DNA of 23,808 nt from Candidatus Hermodarchaeota archaeon (GTDB lineage: Archaea; Asgardarchaeota; Lokiarchaeia; Sigyniarchaeales; SOKP01), in contig JBHLLG010000040.1 of NCBI GenBank assembly GCA_048885925.1, forward strand, positions 1-23,808. The letters are read 5' to 3'. A model generated the notes under the pieces. It searched no databases and was not told the origin of the DNA. It worked only from the letters and a program-made list of their open reading frames with translations. The position numbers were made by a program, and so were the translations under genes. Shown here in pieces: positions 17,309 to 23,808 of this stretch (positions are counted from its first letter, which is position 1; each line of letters opens with the position of its first letter).

Positions 17309-17462
17309 CCCCTCTTAACTCAGACTGGTAGAGTGCTCGGCTGTAGATAATATCGCGTAATGAAGCTAATTGCTTATGAAATTACGTCAGCCGAAACCGA
17401 GCGGTCGCTGGATCGAAGTGATTCTCAAAGAGAAATTCACGATATGCCGGCAGAGGGGACCA
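17309..17462 (+). tRNA. trnY: tRNA-Tyr(GTA) with two introns (37/38: 17347-17395; 59/60: 17418-17445) and encoded CCA
   Basis: Acceptor CCCCTCT/AGAGGGG (C1-G72, A73, CCA), D arm ACTC/GAGT, anticodon stem CTCGG/CCGAG, anticodon GTA at 17343-17345, variable loop CGGTC, T stem GCTGG/CCGGC. The second insert forms a strict bulge-helix-bulge. Confidence 0.93.
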
Positions 17463-17465
17463 TTC

Positions 17466-17474
17466 TTTTTCTTT
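17466..17474 (+). terminator. Oligo-T archaeal terminator after tRNA-Tyr
   Basis: TTTTTCTTT immediately after the CCA end. Confidence 0.45.
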
Positions 17475-17506
17475 AAAACTTAAGATTAATTATAAAAAAA
17501 AATAAT

Positions 17507-19471
17507 TTAAATTAATAATTTATTTTTACGTCTGGCTAGAGTCCTGGAAATTAGATAAATTAGCGATAATAAGCAGATAATTAGTATTAAATTTATTTCA
17601 TACCCAGGAATTAGATCCTTTTTTTCTTTTAATGATATTTGAATAAATGTTACATTCGGATCTGATAATTGTACTATTACATCATTTCCATATTCTAATC
17701 TTACTCTATCTGGACTACTTGTCAATGGTATAGGAAAAGTTGTTGTGCTATTTATCCAAACTACCTCATCATATAGAATTGAGTTCTCTGAATCATAAAC
17801 TCGAAGTATCACTTGTTGATTATATGGATATAAATTTAGAATTTCGTTTTCATCTTCTATTGTTACATTTAAGATATTAGTAGAGTCATCATAATTACAT
17901 TTATAAAAACTGTATTTTGGAAGAAAATCATTATCGAACCAGGGAAAAAACAACCAATCTAATGATTCATTAACCGTATTTTCAAAAGTATTCTGCAAAT
18001 CAGACAATAGTGCTATTTTGAATTTATAATCGTCAAAGAAGCTATTTAATCCTAAAATAAAATTGGTTTGATCGATAGTTCTGCTTATTTTCTCAAAGAT
18101 TAAAGGAGATTTATAGTATGAGATAAAAACCCAATTTAAATTACTTTCACTGAGATCATAAGCAGATTGATTAATTTTTGAAGGCAAGCCTTCATCAGCG
18201 TAGTATGTACGAACTCTATCGTAATATCTAGTAAATTGAAAATATTCCCAATTACTGTAATAGTGTCTCGCGTAGTAATCAGTAGACCAGCAGGTTAATC
18301 CCTCATCTAGAAAACCCCAATCAACTTCATCAAAACCTACTAAATTATACCACCATTGGTGTGCAATTTCATGAACTATAGCTTTTTCTAAAATCTGCTT
18401 TTTAATAGATAAAGGATAATCATAGGTATCAATAATTTCTGAGGCATAAACTTGAGTAGGATATTCCATACCTAAATAATAAGCATACTCTTCGACGATA
18501 TTAAGAGTTGAATATGGATATGGTCCAAAGGTATCACTAAATAAGTTGAGTGCATTAATTGCATAAATTAAAGCATCATTTTGCCAAACCGTAGCTGACT
18601 TTGGAAGATAGTAAGTAGAAACATTAACACCATTAACTATAGTAGATTGTATCTGATAAGATTTCGAAGCTGCGAATGTAACTTCTCTAACTGGAAATTT
18701 TGGATTAAAATGATACTTAGTTGTCCCGCCATTAGGTATCTGATCAACTAATTCTCCCGTTGCTGTTATAAAATGGTCATTAGGGGCTTCAATAATCAAA
18801 CTATAATTAGCCATATCGTAATAGAATGGATCACAATTATTTAGATATGGATCTGTATTCCATCCATCGTATTCATCATAAACACATGGCATAGGGTAAA
18901 AACTGGTAAATTTGTATATTCGAGAGTTGGTTGAATCTGATCCATGAGAGTTAGCTCGATCAATACCTCCATCAGGGATAACAGAATAAAATTCAATGAT
19001 AAAAAATGTTCTATTATAAGGCATTAATGTTGATTCTAGATCGACCCATAAAAGTTGAGCTGTATCATTTACTTCGAAAGTGAGAGGTGTTTTAGGTTCA
19101 ATTACAGTAGTAACGTTTATAATATCAATATCCCCCTTCCTACTTTGACATTCCATACCAGAGAGATAAAGATGGAAAGGTATTCGTGTAAAGCTATTCG
19201 GATCATTATTATAAAAATTAACACTTAAATTTCCTGAAATACTCGAAGTAGATGGATTAAAGCTGACAGAGAGATTATATTCCGAAAATTCATCGCCATT
19301 AGTGGATAAATTGGGTGATTCTTTAGATTCTTTTTTAGTTTCCTGGAGAATTTCTATTAATTTGTCAGAATATTCTGGAGTATGTTGTAAATAAAGAACA
19401 CCATTAAAACAGAGATAGATAAAACATATAATAGATATTAAACGGAATTTGGATTTAATTTTATACACCAA
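17507..19471 (-). CDS. Secreted/surface-anchored M1-family (gluzincin) metallo-aminopeptidase with C-terminal IPGY sorting signal (Loki-CTERM-like)
   Basis: N-terminal basic plus hydrophobic signal; GMEYP (GAMEN-like), HEIAHQWW and LDEG (HExxH-x18-E); C-terminal IPGY + TM helix + RRKNK tail. Confidence 0.88.
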   Translation of the reverse strand: MVYKIKSKFRLISIICFIYLCFNGVLYLQHTPEYSDKLIEILQETKKESKESPNLSTNGDEFSEYNLSVSFNPSTSSISGNLSVNFYNNDPNSFTRIPFHLYLSGMECQSRKGDIDIINVTTVIEPKTPLTFEVNDTAQLLWVDLESTLMPYNRTFFIIEFYSVIPDGGIDRANSHGSDSTNSRIYKFTSFYPMPCVYDEYDGWNTDPYLNNCDPFYYDMANYSLIIEAPNDHFITATGELVDQIPNGGTTKYHFNPKFPVREVTFAASKSYQIQSTIVNGVNVSTYYLPKSATVWQNDALIYAINALNLFSDTFGPYPYSTLNIVEEYAYYLGMEYPTQVYASEIIDTYDYPLSIKKQILEKAIVHEIAHQWWYNLVGFDEVDWGFLDEGLTCWSTDYYARHYYSNWEYFQFTRYYDRVRTYYADEGLPSKINQSAYDLSESNLNWVFISYYKSPLIFEKISRTIDQTNFILGLNSFFDDYKFKIALLSDLQNTFENTVNESLDWLFFPWFDNDFLPKYSFYKCNYDDSTNILNVTIEDENEILNLYPYNQQVILRVYDSENSILYDEVVWINSTTTFPIPLTSSPDRVRLEYGNDVIVQLSDPNVTFIQISLKEKKDLIPGYEINLILIICLLSLIYLISRTLARRKNKLLI

Positions 19472-19787
19472 AACTTATTAGATTTAAATTAGTTTTTAAT
19501 TAATTTTTTAATATTTAAAGTTAATTCCATCAATTTCTTTTGTTTTATTATCCACACAAATTAATGAGAAATGATTTAATTGAATTTTTAATTTAATTTG
19601 GCTCGTTAGAGCTATATTTAGAATTTATAGTGGCATAAAATTATCAAAAATTAAAATATCCCTTCAAATACTTCACAAACTTATTATTTTGATTGTCATT
19701 ATTTTAATTATAAAAAGTATAATTGAATTATTCTTCAATATAATCAGAGCTATATCAAAGTAAAAAAACTAAGGAAATAGAGAATTT

Positions 19788-20216
19788 ATGAGTGAAAATA
19801 ATTACAATAACGAACAACACGAATTAGAGAAAATTCGAATGAAAAAGATGCGAGCAATAATGGAGGCTAAAAAAAGGGAGGAACTCGTTCAAGAAAGAGT
19901 AGTATCTATTTCAGATAAAATCGATTATGTTTTAAAAGTTGTTTTGGCTCCAGATGCATATAATTACTTAAATAATTTAAAGATAAATGAACCCCATGTT
20001 TATCAGTCTATATATAATGAATTAATCAGTCCTGATGTAATACAAAGTATTGATTATCTTATACAAATAATTAACCGTAGAGGAGGAGTTCCTAGAAGAA
20101 TCCCTCTTGACGTTATCATATTTTTAGAAAGAAAAGTTAAAGGAATTAGAAGTAAAATTCAAGTAAAAAGAGGAGATGACATTATGGATTTAAGTTCTTT
20201 TCTTACTAAAGATTAA
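19788..20216 (+). CDS. Divergent PDCD5-like (dsDNA-binding/prefoldin-associated family) protein
   Basis: ELEKIRMKKM and LKVVLAPDAYNYL resemble the PDCD5 ELEEIRRRKL and LRQILTPEARERL segments; basic C-terminal KIQVKR. Confidence 0.6.
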   Translation: MSENNYNNEQHELEKIRMKKMRAIMEAKKREELVQERVVSISDKIDYVLKVVLAPDAYNYLNNLKINEPHVYQSIYNELISPDVIQSIDYLIQIINRRGGVPRRIPLDVIIFLERKVKGIRSKIQVKRGDDIMDLSSFLTKD

Positions 20217-20256
20217 AATAAAATTTTTTAAAAAAATTCTCAAACAAAAACATAAT

Positions 20257-20811
20257 TTACTGTTCTCTTCCTGAAATTATTGCTACTACTTCCCATTCAT
20301 TATTAGGAAGAGAATTGGCAGAGATATCAAAAAATTGAAACGCAAAAGGTCTTCCAAATATTTGTTCAACCATAAAACCGAAAGAACTTATTGTAAATAT
20401 AAAAATTCTTTTTAAAATAGATTCTGTGCTCGTATTGATATTTAATTGTCTTATAACATCCTCTACAACTTCAATTTCTTTTATATTATATTGATAATTA
20501 AAAACTAATTTAAAATCAACGGGAGTTGGTGCTTCCGGATCCGAAAATGATAGTCCTCTTTTTCGGAAATGAAAAAAATTGTTTAAATAAAAGGAAAATA
20601 TTTCCTCGTGATGGTCTTTTAAGAGATGAGAAATACGTGAGCGCTCTTTATATTCAGGCCAGTACTTTTGCATTAATTCCAGAAGTCTAGGATAATTTTT
20701 ATACTTATTTTCACTCTCTTTTTTTAGATAATTAAGTAATTGGTTCTTGAGTGGTTTAAACTGTGATTCTCGACCAACCCTAGTTATAAAATTTCGAAAA
20801 TTTTGGCTCAT
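20257..20811 (-). CDS. Hypothetical protein (184 aa)
   Basis: Non-overlapping ORF with ATG/TAA and globular-protein-like composition; no motif recognised. Confidence 0.7.
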   Translation of the reverse strand: MSQNFRNFITRVGRESQFKPLKNQLLNYLKKESENKYKNYPRLLELMQKYWPEYKERSRISHLLKDHHEEIFSFYLNNFFHFRKRGLSFSDPEAPTPVDFKLVFNYQYNIKEIEVVEDVIRQLNINTSTESILKRIFIFTISSFGFMVEQIFGRPFAFQFFDISANSLPNNEWEVVAIISGREQ

Positions 20812-21007
20812 ACTCTTAATATGAAAAATAATTCTATTTACACTATTTACAATGTTATTTAATTTTTTTTATAATATTTTGATAATACAAGTCCTCATAT
20901 TTATTACTACTTTTTTTTAATACTTATCAATTATTAACTAGAACAATAAAAAAGAACCGTAATTTACATTAATAAAATTAATAGGAACAATATTTTTAAT
21001 TGCAATT

Positions 21008-22201
21008 ATGGTTGACAGAGTCGGTTTAATTTATACTGAGGAGTATCAAAAATACAATTTTGGTCCAGATCATCCCTTAAGACCCTTAAGGCTTAAATTA
21101 ACTTATAGCTTAATGGAAAAACTGAATCTTCTGAGAAATGAAAGACTAACAATTTTAAAACCTCGATTAGCGACGCAACAAGAAATAGAGATGATTCATT
21201 CTCCACAATACGTTGAAGTAGTTAAAAAATTAAGTGAAAATCCAAAAGACAAAAGTATTGTTCCTTATCATTATGGTTTAGGTCCTGGAGATAACCCAAT
21301 TTTTAAAGGAATGTATGAAGCCTCTGCACTAATATGTGGAGCATCTATTGTAGCTGCTGAAACGGTTTGGAAAGAAGAGGATTTTAAAATAACCTTTAAT
21401 CCTGCTGGAGGTCTTCACCATGCTATGAAAGATAAAGCTTCAGGATTTTGTATTTTTAATGATATTGGTGTTGCCATTAAACGCCTCAAAAGATTAGAAG
21501 AAGATATTAAAATAGCATATTTAGATATAGATTGTCATCATGGAGACGGTGTACAATGGCTATTTTATGACGATCCTAATGTTTTAAAAATATCATACCA
21601 TCAAGATGGGAGGTTCCTCTTCCCTGGAACTGGAAGTGTTAATGAAATAGGTGAAGGAAAGGGTAAAGGCTTTTCTATCAACTTTCCGCTAATACCCGGA
21701 ACTAATAATAAAACATTTCTGAATCTGTTTAGAAAAACTACACCAAAAATATTAGAAACATATGCCCCAGACATATTAATTACGCAACTTGGAGTAGATA
21801 CGTACTTTAACGATCCATTAACTCAAATGGGATTCTCTCTTTCGATTTATAAAGATATTGCTCAAACTATGAGAACTTGTGCTCGTGATTATTGTAATAA
21901 TAAATGGCTAGCTGTTGGTGGGGGAGGTTATTTGATGACTGTTGTTCCAAGAGCATGGTCTTTATTTCTAGCAAGGATGCTCGATGTCGAGTTAGAGAAT
22001 AAATTACCCGATAGTTGGATAAAAGAAGCCAAACAAGACGCACCATATGAAGAAACTCCCTATTTATTATGGGATAGAGCTGAAAAAGTAGAGGTTCAAA
22101 TGCTTTCGCACCCAGAAATCGCTAAAAAAATTATTGATTATACAAATTCTTTAATAGAACTTTCAAATGAAAGATATTTGCCTAAATTGGCTAAATCCTA
22201 G
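21008..22201 (+). CDS. acuC: Zn-dependent histone deacetylase family protein (class I/AcuC-like)
   Basis: FGPDHPLRPLRL, GDNP, GGLHHA, SGFCIFND, DIDCHHGDGVQ, FPGTG, GVDT..DPL, GGGGY. Confidence 0.92.
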   Translation: MVDRVGLIYTEEYQKYNFGPDHPLRPLRLKLTYSLMEKLNLLRNERLTILKPRLATQQEIEMIHSPQYVEVVKKLSENPKDKSIVPYHYGLGPGDNPIFKGMYEASALICGASIVAAETVWKEEDFKITFNPAGGLHHAMKDKASGFCIFNDIGVAIKRLKRLEEDIKIAYLDIDCHHGDGVQWLFYDDPNVLKISYHQDGRFLFPGTGSVNEIGEGKGKGFSINFPLIPGTNNKTFLNLFRKTTPKILETYAPDILITQLGVDTYFNDPLTQMGFSLSIYKDIAQTMRTCARDYCNNKWLAVGGGGYLMTVVPRAWSLFLARMLDVELENKLPDSWIKEAKQDAPYEETPYLLWDRAEKVEVQMLSHPEIAKKIIDYTNSLIELSNERYLPKLAKS

Positions 22202-22332
22202 GCTTCTTTATTTTTAATTTGCATTTCTAAAGGTAATTTAAATAAAATTTATTAAATCCTTTACCTGTTTAGATTTATTTTCAAAGACAATTTTTTACTA
22301 AGTAAAATAAAGATAAAATTTTTTTGGGGTAA

Positions 22333-23151
22333 ATGTCCAATCTTTTATTAACGTATAATAGTAAATCAGAATCTTTTTACCATCAAGCAATTAAGAGATT
22401 GATTTTCAAATACATATCAGATTCTAATAAGAATATAGTAGAAAAATCTCTGGAAAAATACATTAATAATAGAAGAGCAGATGTTTATTTTAAACTAAAT
22501 ACTGGTGAAAAAATAGTTGTAGAAGTTCAAAGTTCTAAAATTTCAGTAAAAGAAATCATTAACCGTACAAAACATTACAATAACCTTGACATCCATGTTC
22601 TATGGATTCTCTATGGAAACGGCTCTTGTGTTGCTTCATCGAAGTTTCCTGAAGATAAAAAAGATGTTAAAATTAGTACAGTTGAACATTTCCTACATAA
22701 AATGTATGGAGGAAGAGTTTACTATGTTAATATAAACTTTTATGAAGATAAAACTACAATCTCCGCTCCATTTGCATTATATTTTTCTTTTCCTTCAAAA
22801 AAAAAATATCGAAAAATCTTTCGAACTAAATATCAAAAATATTATATCAAAAATATTAATTTTGCCAAAATTCCGGGTTGGAACTTACTATGTGTCAATT
22901 ACAATGGTTTTAGGTTAGCTAGATTTTATGATAAAAATATCAAATTGGTATTGAAAGAGAAAATTATTAAGTTTCTCAAATACAATTCAGAGAGTTACAA
23001 ATTTAAAAAAAAGTTAATAAAATTAATCATTAACCATTTTAAACAAAAATATGGAATTCCCTTAATCTATAAAACAGTTTTAGAATTGACACAAGAAAAA
23101 AAAATAGAAATAAATATTAAAGTTATTCATAGAATCAAAAAATATTTTTAA
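22333..23151 (+). CDS. CoiA-like PD-(D/E)XK nuclease-fold protein
   Basis: ESxYH...K, E...RRADV, VEVQxSxIS, RTxxY...VLWI pattern typical of CoiA-like nuclease domains; highly basic C-terminus. Confidence 0.7.
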   Translation: MSNLLLTYNSKSESFYHQAIKRLIFKYISDSNKNIVEKSLEKYINNRRADVYFKLNTGEKIVVEVQSSKISVKEIINRTKHYNNLDIHVLWILYGNGSCVASSKFPEDKKDVKISTVEHFLHKMYGGRVYYVNINFYEDKTTISAPFALYFSFPSKKKYRKIFRTKYQKYYIKNINFAKIPGWNLLCVNYNGFRLARFYDKNIKLVLKEKIIKFLKYNSESYKFKKKLIKLIINHFKQKYGIPLIYKTVLELTQEKKIEINIKVIHRIKKYF

Positions 23152-23374
23152 AATAAAAAATAAATAATTGAAATTCTGTTAATGTAAGAAGAAATATTTC
23201 TAAAATTGAACTATTTATAGTAAAATTAGTTATTAGATTTCTGAAATTATTAAATTAGTTTCAAATTTTTGAAAGATATAATTTAAATAAATTTTATCTT
23301 CAAATTCAATTTTGTCATGTGAAAAAAGGAAATTTTTAAATACTAGTTTTTGATGAACATTAAGTGTAAAACAA

Positions 23375-23519
23375 AAAAAGATCGGAATATCATGATAATA
23401 AAATATATTCTTATACCTAATGCCGTTGAATCGGCTAAATACCTCAACCCTTAACCCTGTTATTAGATAAATACGTCTCCTCTTTTTGCAATTTTGAATA
23501 TCATGTTTTCCGATTTTTT
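23375..23519 (+). ncRNA. Candidate structured RNA or inverted-repeat element in the 3' intergenic region
   Basis: Long imperfect outer stem (23375-23404 with 23491-23519) enclosing a GCCG/CGGC hairpin whose loop can pair downstream. Confidence 0.3.
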
Positions 23520-23808
23520 CTACTTCTTATCTTAATTCTTGTTAAAGATTTTTTTAAAAAAATGATGAAAATTTAAATTTATTAAGTAGAGGATATAACA
23601 AAAAACTTGAACTTAAAAGTCAAAAAATAGTAAAGTGGATAAATACTGCCTTTTTGTGGTAAGTTTTAGAGCTTTTCAGAATCCTGTTTCAATTTAATAA
23701 AGAGAAGTTAGATTAATCCAAATATTAGAGTGAGAATACTGCTTAATGAAAATATTACAGCCAACCTTATTATTAATTTAAAGTTATATTGTTCCTTTTG
23801 TTTAGTTA

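Noticed and set aside
17347-17395. Intron-encoded box C/D guide RNA or nested intron
   Set aside because: Only 49 nt, with no CTGA D box, no proper RTGATGA, and no second BHB in the internal hairpin.
15766-22201. Genome-wide TAG reassignment
   Set aside because: TAG ends the methyltransferase (followed by TAG TAA) and the apparently complete HDAC, and none of the long conserved genes contains an internal TAG. Only the 4508 case is internal.
23392-23504. Micro-ORFs MIIKYILIPNAVESAKYLNP (+) and MIFKIAKRGDVFI (-)
   Set aside because: Very short, no SD, and expected by chance; their ATGs arise from the inverted repeat arms.
23350-23620. SECIS element, lysine riboswitch or C/D sRNA in the 3' intergenic region
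   Set aside because: The ATGA...GA pair is ~100 nt apart (too long for SECIS) and no TGA-interrupted gene is adjacent. Only scattered riboswitch-like words occur, and the TGATGA boxes at 23351 and 23563 lack a downstream CTGA.
1-23808. CRISPR array, rRNA, IS/transposase, or integrase at the tRNA
   Set aside because: No regularly spaced nucleotide repeats, no long GC-rich RNA gene, no recombinase ORF and no duplicated tRNA 3' end were seen.

Overview
Strongly AT-rich archaeal DNA, most consistent with an Asgard archaeon of the Lokiarchaeia type. The basis is a Rab-like GTPase, eukaryote-type E1 and E2 ubiquitin-system enzymes, an IPGY/Loki-CTERM surface protein and an archaeal C1-G72 tRNA-Tyr with BHB introns. 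Housekeeping and metabolic genes (PHP phosphoesterase, aspartokinase, RACo/ASKHA corrinoid activator, SAM methyltransferase, HAD hydrolase, M1 peptidase, PDCD5-like protein, HDAC/AcuC, CoiA-like nuclease) surround the most interesting block. That block has a 2125-aa protein built from about 18 MIT/TPR-like helical modules joined by charged helical linkers, directly followed by a UBA3/UBA2-like E1 with an unusual coiled-coil insert. About 1.3 kb further on is an E2 with a Cdc34/Ubc7-length loop insertion. Other notable items are a tRNA-Tyr with two introns (37/38 and 59/60) and an A54/G60 T-loop, a Cys4 protein gene interrupted by one in-frame TAG, possible non-AUG starts, mirror-image promoter motifs, and a candidate structured RNA near the 3' end. 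No CRISPR array, rRNA or transposase was seen.
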